Source: Leucoraja ocellata (Eukaryota). Taken from it: a stretch of DNA of 64,000 nt. The stretch covers positions 1,054,001 through 1,118,000 of the forward strand of contig JAWMAR010000406.1 of NCBI GenBank assembly GCA_036785375.1. Reading direction: 5' to 3'. This document shows positions 1 to 13,952 of the stretch, piece by piece. The notes under the pieces are model-generated. The model was given only the letters and a program-made list of their open reading frames with translations. It did not search any database and was not told the DNA's origin. A program made the translations under genes and the position numbers. The first letter of the stretch is position 1; each line of letters starts with the position of its first letter.

Positions 1-1191
1 GGGAGGACGTAACAACAATGCTTCCAGAGGATATTCTTGTGGTATGGCCTAGTGAGGATATATGTGTAAAACAGAATCAAGAATGGCATGATCACTTTGC
101 TGAGGCTGCGTTAGACACCCCCCACACTTTAGGCAGTGGGAATTAGAGAGAAGATGTGTCAGAAGCTCGCATAAGCTATAGTATTAGTGGGAGATTTGAA
201 ATGTATTTATATTGACTGGATGTAATCCATAGTGCAACGGGCTTGAACAGGGTGGAATTTGTATTGTCCCTACTACAGAGGGCACAACACTGGTGGAAAG
301 AAAATGACTTCAGCTTTGAGCTCCTGAGAGAAGAATATTTTAAGTGACGAATGAGTGCAACCAGTTAAGATTCAATGCTGCCAAAAAAATCTAACATTAC
401 ACTGAGTCTCACTGTAAAACAAAACTTGCTTAAAAACATTTAACAATGTGAATGACCAATGACATACCACAAATAAACAATATGCACTGGTCATAAACAC
501 ATTGTCGTATCACAGTTTTGTCTCAATCTCATTTCCACTTCTTGAATTTTTATTTTAATGATTTATTGAATACATAGAAAATCCAAAATCTTACCAGTTT
601 CTTTAGAGATAAAACATTTTTAAAGCTATGTTGCTGATTAACTTATGTTTGATTATAACTTGCACACATGCCATGTCCTGTGCAGAATTTACAAGACTAC
701 ACATATTTGTATGCAGTTTCTAGACATCCACTTCCTCCATAAAGCACGTTTATCATGGTTCTACTCTACTGTGAAACAGAAAGCATGTTCGTCAACTCTA
801 CGGACAGCAGAATCAATGGCCTTTGATGAAGTCTCGTTGACATGAGGTCCAGCAGTTGCCAAAGCGTGCACTTCTTGAAACTGATGCAATGTTTTTCCAT
901 ATGTGGCAGCCTTAGAGGAAATAGTCCTGAGCACTGGAAACAGACTGAGAGGCATGCAACTCAGAAAGAGGATCACAAGATCACTTGTGTGGGAAAAGGA
1001 GGACAGGAATGAAATGAGTGTGTGCTTCTGAATGGAATTGCATCGCTGACAATCCAAAGTAAATATTTTGCCCATATGTGCATTGGAGAACGTCATATGA
1101 CTTTCAGGCTTCAAGGCACTAAAATCTAAATGGTACAAAGTGACAGCAGAGAGGAAACAAAATAAAGTAACAGGCAGGTAACAGTAAACGC

Positions 1192-1290
1192 CAGTCTGAA
1201 GAAGGGTCTCAACCCGAAATGTTACCCATTCCTTCTATCCAGAAATGCTGCCTGTCCCGCTGGGATTCTTCAGCATTTTGTGTCTATCTT
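1192..1290 (+). repeat. Penelope-type terminal repeat family copy
   Basis: cagtctgaagaagggtctcaacccgaaatgttacccattcc...cagcattttgtgtcta; further copies at ~5330, 7310, 26125, 28490, 48185, 50478, 50945, 56270. Confidence 0.75.
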
Positions 1291-1949
1291 CAAAGTAACA
1301 GGAAAGTTTGGCAGACAGTGGCAGAAAACTACATTTCCCAATACATCACAATTATCCAAAATAGCAGGATCCTGGCAAATTCAATGTTTGCTTTAAGTAG
1401 GATTTGTGGATTTCTCGTGCATTGGAAATGTAATTATAACTTGATCCATGTATTTTGTTTACAGCACAGAGTTGATGTATTCTATACACAAGACAAAAGT
1501 CTGTGACAATACCAAAGTCAATTCAATTCTTATAACAAGGAGATCTTGCACTTTGCAGATTTTATTTGCGATTTTGTCATTTTCCACAAAACTTGAAAAC
1601 AAGCCCATAGCTGATCATTCTGGAATTCTCTCCTTCAATTCTCCACTTCAAAAGAATATTTTTTAAATCACCACTTGCCAACTTAACTTAAATCAAAAAT
1701 AAACTACAAATTTCAAATAATCAAAAAGTCACAGCATTCCTGCACGTCGAGTGCTTACGACTACAATCATGATTATATATCGTTCCTTTGAATCCTAAGA
1801 ATGCTTTTTGTTGAAGGGGAACGTCTTATGGGTCAGAGCCATAGCAAACAAAGACCCTTAAGTTAGCATGATGTCGTTTAACTAACTAAAAACTTTCCAC
1901 ATATTGCCGGTAGCAAACAAGGCTATTAACAAAGCTGCATACAAGTGGA

Positions 1950-2958
1950 CAGAGACCCGGGTTCAACCCCGACTACGGGTGCTGTCTGTATAACCATATA
2001 ACCATATAACAATTACAGCACGGAAACAGGCCATCTCGACCCTTCTAGTCCGTGCCGAACACGTATTCTCCCCTAGTCCCATCTACCTGCACTCAGACCA
2101 TAACCCTCCATTCCTTTCCCGTCCATATAACTATCCAATTTATTTTTAAATGATAAAAACGAACCTGCCTCCACCACCTTCACTGGAAGCTCATTCCACA
2201 CAGCCACCACTCTGAGTAAAGAAGTTCTCCCTCATGTTACCCCTAAACTTCTGTCCCTTAATTCTCAAGTCATGTCCCCTTGTTTGAATCTTCCCTACCC
2301 TCAGTGGGAAAAGCTTATCCATGTCAACTCTGTCTATCCCTCTCATCATTTTAAAGACCTCTATCAAGTCCCCCCTTAACCTTCTGCGCTCCAAAGAATA
2401 AAGCCCTAACTTGTTCAACCTTTCTCTGTAACTTAGTTGCTGAAACCCAGACACCATTCTAGTAAATCTCCTCTGTACTCTCTCTATTTTGTTGACATCC
2501 TTCCTATAATTAGGCGACCAAAATTGTACACCATACTTCAGAATTGGCCTCACCAATGCCTTGTACAATTTTAACATTACATCCCAACTTCTATACTCAA
2601 TGCTCTGATTTATAAAGGCCAGCACACCAAAAGCTTTCTTTACCACCCTATCTACATGAGATTCCACTTTCAGGGAACTGTGCACAGTTATTCTCAGATC
2701 CCTCTGTTCCCCTGCATTATGCTGTATGGAGTTTGTACGTTCTCCCCGTGACCGCGTAGGTTTTTTCCGAGATCTACGGTTTCCTCCCACACTCCAAAGA
2801 CGTACAGGTTTATAGGTAATTTGGCTTGGTACAAGTGTAAATTGTCCCTAGTGTGTGCCGGATAGAATTAATGTGCGGGGATCGCTGGTCGGTGTGGACT
2901 CGGTGGGCCGAAGGGCCTGTATCGGCGCTGTATCTCTAAACTAAACTAAAGTAAACTA
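1950..2958 (+). mobile_element. tRNA-derived SINE (HE1-like), split by the CR1 insertion
   Basis: B-box-like GGTTCAACCC, body gtacgttctccccgtgaccgcgt..., LINE-derived tail ending (AAACT)n. Confidence 0.85.
1992..2721 (-). mobile_element. CR1-clade LINE 3' fragment inserted into a SINE
   Basis: LYKALVRPILKYGVQFWSP...ERRRLRGDLIEVFK (CR1 ORF2 C-terminus); short repeat tail (TAACCATA)n; candidate TSD CTGTAT at 1986-1991 and 2722-2727. Confidence 0.92.
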
Positions 2959-3599
2959 AGCTTGGTGTGCAGTAAATTGAATTTTGTACATTTTGCATAA
3001 TTTTTCGTCCAATTTATTGACTGGTTTCGAGCTGATTTTTAAACAATTTCATTAATTTTCCACAATTCACAAAATGGAAAGCGAAGCAACAAATTGCATC
3101 TGTATACTCCACAGAAATGTTTTAATTTTCAATAAATAATATGCTACGTATACAATATTTTTCCTGAGAGGTATGGCCCATTAAATTATTTTTGTGCAAA
3201 GTAACCGTTACATTTAAATAGATGTTTTAATCTTTTTTCTCGGTAATGCACAATAATTTCAGAGAATTGCAGTTCAAAGAAACAACCATCAAAGAAGCAG
3301 CTTCTAAGTGGGGATGTCAAGCAAGGGTGAACATCAGTTACTGTTTGCTCTTCTCTTCTCTGAGCCTTTGCACCAATAATTGCTTTCTAAAATAAATTGG
3401 ATATTGCAACAAAAGAGTATTAATTTTGCATGGTTAATTGTGTTTTCATTTCCCTTTGAGCTTAGAACAAAGCAATTCCAAAGCCATTCTGCTTATAAAG
3501 CACACTCACTTCACTCCTGTATTTTTCAATTAAAACAACTTCACTTAAAAGTCCCGAGTACTGGACACAAAGAAAATCAAACGATATTTGAAGATTTTT

Positions 3600-3895
3600 G
3601 GGCGGCACAGTGGCAGAGTTGTTGCCTTATGGTGCCAGAGATCCGGGTTCGATCCCAACTATGGCTGCTGTCTGTAGTTTGTGCGTTCTCCCCGTGACCT
3701 GAATTGGGTTTTCTCCGGGATCTCCTTTTTCCTTCCACACTCCAACGACATACAGGTTTGTAGGTTTTTTTTGGCTTCGGTAAAAATTGTAAATTGTCCC
3801 TAGTGTGCTTGTGTAAACAGTGATCGCCGGTCGGCACGATTTCGGTGGGCCAAATGGCCTGTTTCCGCATTGCATCTCTAAACTAAACTAAACTA
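3600..3895 (+). mobile_element. tRNA-derived SINE (HE1-like), near full length
   Basis: ggcggcacagtggc A-box, GGTTCGATCC B-box, same body and (AAACT)n tail. Confidence 0.88.
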
Positions 3896-4734
3896 GGAAA
3901 GTAAGATTGATGAAAAAGCCAGCCATGATCTCATGAATGCATGGTAGAGCTGTCTCAATCGCATATTCCTATTTCTGTTCCTATTAATAACTGGGTACTT
4001 GGGACTAATCCCAAAGTTGTAAACTTAACTCTGGGTTGGGAAGCTGGTTTAAAATTGGCAGCTGGCTCTGGTCCTGCAATTTACAATCTTTCAAGGAGGA
4101 TAATATTGCAGGATTAATTCCAACAAATAGAAGATGAAAGTAGTGGAACACAAATCGGTTCACATAATTCCATAAATGGAGCCCTGAAATATAAAATCAG
4201 GCTTCTGTGTAATGCTATTCAAAGTAGTGCACGTTTTAAGTTATAGAGCGAAAATTTTATTCTGACAGCTTTGAACTGCCAATGAACTGCCACTCAATAA
4301 AAGGGATACAGTCTCTCAAAAGGTACTCAGTTACCATGTTTATTCATCAAGATTCGACTACAGTGGAACCATTCGAAATAACCAAAGGCTAATTTTGAAA
4401 GTTCAAAATATATTAACGAACAGTCCATAAATCAAAGTGGCTATTTACATCACACAATTCCCTTTTGTGTAGGTTTATATTTGATATAATACACTGCCAA
4501 ATGAGCCTACTCAAAATAACATTTTTAAGGGACATTTTAATCTTACTGGATGTTGGAATTCCACCACCCTCACCCTTTGCAAAAAAATAAATAAACACAC
4601 ACCAAAGACATTTCCTACAAAGAAATAGTTACATTATTATATATTGCCTGGTGAAATAAAAATTGTCAGTTATCTGAATATCGGAAGCCTTCAAGCTAAA
4701 TATTATTCAATGCTAAAATTACAACAACGGTGAT

Positions 4735-4942
4735 TTCTATCACTGGTGACCCTCGGACTATCTTTGATCGGACATCACTGGCTTTACCTTGCACCAAACC
4801 TTATTCCCTTATCATGTATCGGCACATTGAGAATGGCTCGATTGGAATCATTTATTGTCTTTCCGCTGACTGGTTAGCAAGCAACAAAAGCTTTTCACTG
4901 TACCTCGGCACACGTGACAATAAACTAATCTGAACCGAACTA
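4735..4942 (+). repeat. Non-LTR element 3' tail repeat (related copies ~23765-23845 minus and ~62335-62430 plus)
   Basis: Shared gcaacaaaagcttttcactgtacctcgg-acacgtgacaataaactaa motif in three places. Confidence 0.7.
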
Positions 4943-7900
4943 TCGGTACCGTATGGGTGTACGGTTAGCAGCTTACACGCTCATTGTCTATTCCCTTCGG
5001 AGTCCTTCTATTTATGCAGCCAAATGGTTAAGAGTTAAGCACAATTCATCACTGTACTTATTTAGCAATGGGTGTAGCTTAAGAATATTTTTTCTTTGTG
5101 CAAGGTAATGCATGGTAAGAGGGGAGAAGAGCAAGATCCCCTGGCGGGAGATTGTGGATGCTGTGGATGGAGAGAAGCAGAGAGCCTAGGCATATTTGTA
5201 TTTCAGGTACAGCTATTTGCAATGAGATGGACAGATGGGAACGGCGGCTTGTCTCACACCTCGATGCTCAGAGAAGTCCTGGCGCTGAGCCAAACCAATG
5301 ACTGGAACGTAGGCAATCAACTAACTCAAACAACACAAAGTGCTGGAGTAACTCAGCAGAGGTAAGGCAGCATCTCTGGAAAACATGGAAAGGTGACGTT
5401 TCGGCTCAATACTTTTCTAATTAAACAAAGCATCAACCTTCAACGGGGCTAAATTTGTTCATCAGCTTTGGGGAAAACAAACATTTGTGCAACTCCTGCA
5501 AACTATATCTGAACTTCCTCCTCTTTCACCCTCACCAACCCTCTCTCCTCATTGCCTCTCACATCTCTTTTTCCTCAAATGCCTCCCTCATCTCTAAGCC
5601 CTTACGTTGACCTTCATTTCCCTATGGAGGACTTGCTTGTGCCAGAGGTGCTTTGGGCCACTTCATTTATTGCAACAAAAATATTTTTATTCTCTTAACA
5701 CAAACAACGAACGTGTTAATTTGCAACTGCAGTTATCTGACGGCCCCGATTATTTTTGTAATGAGAGCGATTATACATAAAGTATCCTAAAAGCCAGATC
5801 AAGGTTTTAAATTTAAATGGTAACAGAGTGCAATCATAAACCAAAAATCATTTTGCTTATTCAGGTAATTCAGCTGGAACAACATAATTCTGTTGATTAG
5901 ATCCTTACATTCACAATGATGTAGCAGCACAATTAATTTCTGAAATTAACACACAACACAATTAATGTACTGAAGGCATTGATCCTTCTGATGTATTTAG
6001 GATTCCAGCATCTGCAGTTGCTCATATCTCTGCCTTGATTCTGTGGGTTGGGTCACTGTAGTTGTTATGGAACCTCAAGGACTGTTGGTATCTTCCACCT
6101 TACTATGATCTAGTTGTTACCCAGTATATGATTGGTGTTTTCCTGTGCATGTAGATTCATAGGAATATATTTTCAAGTAGCTGCTGTTCAACAACGGAGG
6201 TCCTTGTAACCCAATCCAAATTTTCCATCATCATTCCACACATGGTCTTATTTCACGCAGAGGCCAATGAGAAACAATCCATGGTTTCTGACATTTCCTC
6301 TCCTGAACCCCCACAGTTCTAACATTACACAGTCTGGGGAAAGGTCCAAGGACAAATTGGGGATATCTCTGGTTTGTAGTAATCATGAAAGTTGCCTCCA
6401 AGACTTTAGGAACAATTTTATATCCTTTGCGGAGGAAAGCAGAATGTATCCAGTGTGATATTGTGTACAAATGAAACATTGAGGGGAAAGAATGTGTGTG
6501 ATTTTTTTTGGAGCCAAATCCATAAAGTATCCTGTGTTTCTCAGGCATTCAACTTGGAACCTATCCATTAGAAACACAGGACACCAGACCCCCAAGCTAG
6601 TTATTACTTAATAAGTAGTTTAACCAGGTCTAAAAATGTGATAATAAAGTCCTGAACCCACATTTCCCTTGTGTTTCAAATAAGTCCATCTTTGCACAGT
6701 AGCATAATGGTGTACATTGTAAAATAGGGGCACAGCGCATCAAGCTCAAGGTCTATTTAGATGAATAATGTAAAGAACCCAGTAAGATTTAAAAACGATT
6801 TCCTGTGCTGAGACAAATCATGTGTCAGAAATATGTGAACAGTAGTTATTCGAGCCAAAAGGATTGTTTCATTGAATGATTGTATGAAAGAATGTCAAAT
6901 TCCACTGATGCAACAGAGCAATAAAGTGTGAATAACTAACCTTCTGCCAAGAAGATTTAACAAAATGATGAACACTTCTGGCGTTCAACCAAACACATGC
7001 CGTCTGTGCTAATAAGACTCACGTTATATACTGCAAAGATTCTGCCTCGGACACTCGGATACCCATTACCCTCCACATCAAGATACAAAGAGCTACTTCT
7101 CCATAAAGATTTGCTGGAATCTACTTAAATCAAGATCAGATTGCACTGTGCTTTAGCGTTGCACTTTCATCTCTGGAATCTGGGTTTAAATTCAGACCAA
7201 GCTGATGGGATGTATGGGGTTTTTTTGTCTGGGGTTCCAAGGGATCAATATACGGATACTTTTTCCCCAGGGGCATTGACCTGCCCACAACGGAGCAGAA
7301 TCATCAGTAGAAACAAGGAACAGCAGATGCTGGTTTACCAAGGAAAGACTCAAAATGCTGGAGTAACTCAGCGGGTCAGGCAGCATCCTGAAGAACATGG
7401 ATGGGTGATGTTTCGAGTTGGGACCTTTCTTCAAACTTCAGATTTTGCGTCTTTCCTGAGCAGAATTATCAGTTTCACAAAGAAGGCATAAGGAGAGGAC
7501 TGGAATTATTTCAGATTGTTCAAAAGGGAGTGCTATCTTTAGGCTGGGATATAAATACAGTATCTAACTGGGCTCAATTTAAATTGGAAAATATGCCAAC
7601 ATTGTGTTACAAGGAATGGAGAACTGTAATGTTTGCAAGCACAGGTATCCCCACAAGCATTCACAGATGTAAGCAACAATATTGGTGAATCCAAAAAGTA
7701 AAAAAAAAAAAAAAAATTTAATTCTAACTTCTTCCTCGCCCTTCGCAATAGTCTATTCCAATATGGGTACAATTTAGATGAACCTTCGATGAAATTAAGC
7801 CATGTCATGACTATGAATGTGTTTCGTGTTAAGAGTGCACTATCATGTTCATTTTTCATTGGAGTAAAGTACTTGTATTGAAATTTCCATCCCATTCTTT

Positions 7901-8921
7901 CCCAGTGATGGGATGTAGCAATCTGGTTCTGGGTCTCAGACTGTGTCATTAGTGAATCCAAAATGGACAGATTAGTTTTCTCTTTCCACTTGCAAAAATA
8001 TATTGCCCTGTTAGCCTTGTTACCTCGAGGTCTAATAAATACCAAAAACTAAAAATCAAACCACAGATACATGAACAGGACAGGTTTGGAAGGATATGGA
8101 CCAAGCACAGGCAGGTGGGACTAATGTAGCTGGGACAATGTTGGCAGGTGTGGGCAATTTGGGCCGAAGGGCCTCTTTCCACACTGTATCACTCACTCTG
8201 TGACTCAATAACTATAAGGGCAGTGTGCAGGTAAAGGAAGTAATTGCAAAGGCAAATAGAATCTTGGCCTTCACTGCAATGGAGATAGGGTGGGAAAAAA
8301 AAGCACTATCCATATGAACAGGCAGGAAACAGAGATGAAAGGAAAAGAGTAACATCAGTGTTTACAAAATTCAATGTCGATATTTTAAACGATGAATAAT
8401 TAATGTAATTGATAGAATAACAAGTAATTTAAATTATTTAGTTTTCCCTTTGAACTAAGGGTCAAACCCATAACATTCAATAACGTGGGAAACATGCTTG
8501 ACGTTACAGAGTGGAGGTTAAAGTCAAGTTCGTTTCACAAAGACTTGACAATTATACATTGTAAATTTAGAAAGGGAATACCATGCAGATGGAAGCAGTT
8601 CCATAAGCTAATGTGAAGGAGAGGACCATAGGAATGGTAACCATGTACAAGTACGTATTATAAAATAAAAACAATCGTAGTGTTTTGTAAAAATTTAAAC
8701 AACCATAGGATTCAAACAGTTATAGTCATTAGGTCCCCTCCTTTGTGGTTATGATAGGGTTAAAAACTGAGGGAATAAAACTGAGGGAAAACAGGTCAGG
8801 AGTTTACTGATATTTTAAAAACCATGTTCAATGTGCACATTACCAAATGCTTTCATATAAATTACATTAATATCACAATAATATTAAGGATGTATTGCCT
8901 ACACGTTTGGGAAAATACTTC

Positions 8922-11351
8922 TTACATAGAAAAACATAGAAAGTAGGCGCGAGAGCAGACCACCAGGTCCATCGAGCCCGCACCGCCATTCGCTCATGGC
9001 TGAACACTAAACAGACACACTTACCCACAAACAGTAGACACAAGACACAGAACACAAGACACTACCCTCCCCTTTATACCGCTATCACCCCTCTCCACCC
9101 CAAGAACCTCGTGATCTCCTGGGGGAGGCAAAAAACCGGATAAAAACCCAGGTCCAATTCGGGAAAAAAATCCGGGAAATTCCTCTCCGACCCCAATCTA
9201 GGCGATCGACACTTGTCCAGGAGATCACTCAGGTCTTACTATACTAACCATACCTAGGTCCATATCCCTGCCCTCTCCCCGTAGCCCCTTATCCCCTTGG
9301 CAGCTAAAAAACCATCTATTTTAGTCTTAAATATATTTAAAGTTTCTGCTTCCACTGCTCCCTGGGGCAGTGAATTCCATAAATTAACCACCCTCTGGGT
9401 GAAGAAGTTCTTCCTCATCTCAGTTTTAAAAGAGCCCCCCCTTATTCTGCAACTATGTCCCCTAGTTCTAGTTTCCCCGATCATTGGGAACATCCTCGGT
9501 GCATCCACCCGATCAAGGCCCCTCACGATCTTATATGTTTCAATGAGATCGCCTCTCATTCTTCTAAACTCCAAAGAGTAGAGTTCCAGCCTACTTAACC
9601 TTTCCTCATATGTCAATCCCCTCATTGCAGGAATTAATCTTGTAAACCTTCGCTGCACTGCCTCCAGGGCTAGTACATCCTTTCTTAAGTATGGACCCCA
9701 GAACTGTACACAGTATTCCAAATGTGGTCTCACTAATACTGTGTACAGCTGCAGCAAGACCTCCGTGTTTTTATACTCAATCCCCCTAGCAATAAAGGCC
9801 AAAACTCCATTGGCCTTCCTGATTGCTTGCTGCACCTGCATACTAACTTTCAGTGATTCATGTACTAATACCCCTAGATCCCTTTGCGTTGCATTACAAC
9901 GCAGCTCCTCCTCATTTAGAAAATAACTTGCCCTATCATTTTTTTTCCCAAAGTGAATGACTTCACATTTATTAGTATTAAATTTCATCTGCCAAGTTGT
10001 TGCCCACTCACCTAGCTTATCTATATCCTTTTGCAGACTCTTCCTATCCTCCTCATCCCCTACTTTTCCTCCCATTTTTGTATCGTCCGCAAATTTTGAT
10101 ATATTACACTTGGTTCCCTCCTCCAAATCATTTATATAAATTGTGAACAACTGGGGTCCCAGCACCGACCCTTGCGGAACCCCGCTAGTTACCGGTTGCC
10201 ATCCCGAGTATGAACCATTTATCCCCACTCTCTGCTTCCTATTTGTTAGCCAATCCTCTACCCATGCTAATATATTACCCCCAATCCCATAATTTTTTAT
10301 TTTTAGCAATAGTCTCTTATGTGGCACCTTGTCAAAAGCCTTTTGGAAGTCCAAGTATACCACATCCACCGGTTCCCCTTTATCCACCCGGGTTGTTACT
10401 TCCTCAAAGAATTCGAGCAGATTCGTTAAACAGGACTTCCCCTTCACAAAACCATGCTGGTTCTGTCCGATGAAGTCATGTCTATCCAAGTGCCCCGTTA
10501 GTGTTTCTTTAATAATTGTCTCTAACATTTTACCCACCACCGATGTTAGACTAACCGGTCTATAGTTACCCGCCTTCTGTTTACTTCCTTTTTTAAATAT
10601 AGGTGTTACATTGGCCATTTTCCAATCCACTGGGACCGTTCCTGCCTCCAGGGAGTTTTGGAAAATTATCACCAATGCATCCACAATCCCCACCGCTATC
10701 TCCCTCAAGACCCTTGGATGTAATCCATCAGGCCCAGGGGATTTATCCTCCTTCAGTCTCATTAATTTCCCTAATACCACCTCCTTGGTGATCTTAATAG
10801 TATTTAGCTCCTCCATTCCTACCGCCCCCTGTTTATCCAGCGTTGGAATATTTTTTGTGTCTTCTATGGTGAAGACTGATACAAAATACTCGTTTAATGC
10901 CTTTGCCATTTCCATGTTCCCCACCAACAACTCTCCAGTCTCACCCTCCAATGGACCAACGTTCACCTTAGCCACCCTTTTTCTTTTTATATAGCTATAA
11001 AAACTCTTACTATTAGTTTTTATGTTGTTCGCTAAATTCCTTTCATAGTCTATTTTCCCCGTCTTAATTAATCTCTTAGTTATTTTTTGCTGACCTTTAA
11101 ATGCTTCCCAATCCTCTACCCTCCCACTATCTCTGGCTACCTTATATGCCCTTGCCTTCAGCCGAATACTATCCTTTATAGTTTTACTGAGCCATGGCTG
11201 ACTGTTCTTACCCTTACCCCTTTTTTTCTTCATAGGAATAAATTTTTCTTGAAGGTTATACAGTATACCCTTAAACGTACACCACTGCTCATGTACCGTC
11301 TTATTCTTGAGTCTGCTATCCCAGTCAACTTTGATCAGCTCAATTTACATA
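8922..11351 (-). mobile_element. Young 5'-truncated CR1-clade LINE with uninterrupted RT frame (ORF 9254-11233, open up to 11344) and full 3'UTR
   Basis: Motifs NYRPVSLTS, YLDFQKAFDKV, GVPQGSVLGP, FADDTK; (TTTCTATG)-type tail; candidate TSD TTACATA at 8922-8928 and 11345-11351; no endonuclease domain. Confidence 0.95.
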
Positions 11352-13613
11352 AGCAAACAAGTGATGGTCAAATTGCAGACATACTCTAACATCCTATATG
11401 ATGTCAGGTAACTTTCAACACCCCCACTAATAAAGCTGCCCTGAATAACTTAAAAAAATATATTAAAATGAGTATTCATAACCCTCAATACTGGAAAAAA
11501 AGTTGTTTCTAACGCCTGAAGTGCACTTGTGATATCGGCAAGAATGACCAAATCACAGTAAAGCCCATGCTTCTTAAAACATGATATCTAGGACAAATAC
11601 AAATGTTGGAATATTCTGATCAATGCCAATGATGCAACAATTAAAAAGGACCTAATGTAAAGAAAAAGTTCTCTATGTGATTGTGGGTTGTGCAAATTAG
11701 CTAGTCTATTATAACTTAGACAGGTGTATGGATAGGACAATTTTGGCAATTAAACAGGTATATGGATAGGACAGGTTTGGAAGGATATGGACCAAACGCA
11801 GCCAGATGGGGCATGTTGGCCGGCGTGGGCAAGTTGGACTCAATGACTCTAAAACATTAATGTTTTCAGTTTAGATAATTTGCTCTGTCACCACTTAATT
11901 AGCTCCTCGTACATTTTCTTCTTAACACTTCCACAAATTAGATTTACTAAAATCTGGTGTGTTCTGGAAAATATTCCTATAATTGTGTAGACATACGAGC
12001 AAGAATCAGTCCCCAAACACGCACTCCCATGATCATAACTAAGGACCTGGCTCGGAGCCAGGCATTACTATAATTAAAACAAAACCACAAATCGTTTTAA
12101 ATATTCGGCAGCTCAGGCAACATCTGTGAACAAAGAAACCAAGTTGAACATTTCAGGTCACGATCAGAGTTGAAATGCCATTGTTAAGAGTTGCTGACCA
12201 TCTCAACAGGTGCTGCCTGACCTGCTGAGCATCTCAAGTCATCTTTACCTTTATTTACATTTTCCACCATTTGCAATTTTTGGTTTACCTGTAAATTACT
12301 GCATTCAGATTGCGGTCAGAACATTGGAAGAAAATCTGATTAAATTCTCCTTATGATCCCCAAACATCTTAAGTACACTAAACACCAGATCCAAATTTGT
12401 CTCTGTAAAAATAGCATGATAAACATGAGCCAGATAATGCTTGTTCAAGCGCAGTGACCTCATTTATTTTGGATCACCCTGAGAGTCCATTTAAGTCTTA
12501 GGTCTGGCAGCCACATCTATCAAGTCAAGTCAAGTCACATTTATTTATATAGCACATTTAAAAAACAACTCTCGTTGGCCAATAAGAATAGCGTAAACAG
12601 ACAAACTACATACATATATACATCTATGCTGCAAGGTGGAGCAGACCAGCTACTGAAATGCCTCTGAAGTGCTTTTAATTGCCGCTGATGGCCACAAACA
12701 TTTGAAAGCAGTTCAGAGGATTTTAAAGAATTTAAATAAATTTACTTTCAAACACCTCATAAATTAAGTAAAATTAAGGGGGGAGGGGGGGAATAAGCCA
12801 TCGGCCTGTGCTTAACTTCACTCTCCAGATTGGTAATTCCCTTCGAATGAACAGGTTCAAGGTACACAAGCCAGCCAAGTTACACAATACCAGGTGTAAA
12901 TTCAAAGTAGACACAAAATGCTGGAGTAACTCAGTGGGACAGGCAACATCTCTGGAGAGAAGGAAATTGTGGTTTTGGGTTGAGATTCTTTAAAGTCAAG
13001 GTGATGAATATCAAATACAATTGACCCTCCACTCAGTCTGCCCCCTAAACCCATTTGCGAAACACAGCTGCAGATCGGAAGGTTGGAAAGGCCGCTGTCT
13101 AGCCTCATGTGCATTGGTGTGAATGAAGAGGGTCTGGAGAAGGGTCACGACTCCCAAATGGCACCAATTCCTTCTATCCAGAGATGCTGCCTGTCCTGCG
13201 AAGTTACTCCAGCATTTTGTGTCTCCATCATTGGTGTGAAAGCCTGGAATGTGTTGAGCCACATCCTGCAGCTGGCTGGATGCTCTCTCTAGAATAGCCC
13301 GCTGAAGACCAGCATGATCCGTCACCATTGAATATTCCACCTGAACTCAGCAGAACAGTAATTTTGGGTAAGCAAAGCTTCTTTTTTATTTTTGTGAAGA
13401 GTACCAGCACTGACTTTAGGATTTAAAGAAATAACTTCTCCCCTTTAATCGTCTCAAACTACAGTTATATAATTATTTAATTGTATAGATTCAACGGAAT
13501 ACACCGAGATTCATGCTCATAATTTAACACTATTACTCCAAGTATCGTTCTGCTGATTCTGCACTGAAACCTCTCCTGATGTATACTCCCCAAGAGCTGG
13601 GGATACTCTAGAG

Positions 13614-13952
13614 CAGTGGTTCCCAATCTTTTTTTGGCCATGCCCCACCTAATCACCTCTAAAATCCTGATGCCCCCCCCCATGTGGTGATATATAATTC
13701 TTATCATTTAAAAAGTGAACTCCGTTTCAGCTGAAGAAGCTTAAAACGGCAATACCTTGGTTTAAACAAGCTTCAAAAGAACATGGCATCCATGAAAAAG
13801 AAAGATGAAATAAACAAAAGACAGTTAAAGTTCTGAGCAAGAAATTACTAAAAAATTGTTAAAAAAAAGAAAAAAACATTAGGTGGAAATTGCCCCCCTT
13901 AAAAATCAAATTGCCCCCCTGTGGGGCGTACGCCACACGTTGGGAACCACTG
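13614..13952. mobile_element. hAT/Charlie-type MITE, 339 bp
   Basis: TIRs CAGTGGTTCCCAA / TTGGGAACCACTG and a perfect 8-bp TSD CTCTAGAG (13606-13613, 13953-13960). Confidence 0.93.

Noticed and set aside
761-1138. 125-aa minus-strand ORF with an acceptor-like ctgtttccag as the next MTOR exon
   Set aside because: No similarity to the expected GQLHQQCCEKW...; splicing in the required phase meets TAA within seven codons
2191-2790. 199-aa ORF as a gene
   Set aside because: Chimeric frame: the N-terminus is antisense SINE sequence fused at the insertion junction to a CR1 ORF2 fragment
3600-3665. tRNA gene (A and B boxes)
   Set aside because: It is a SINE head: no cloverleaf or terminator, and it continues into the SINE body
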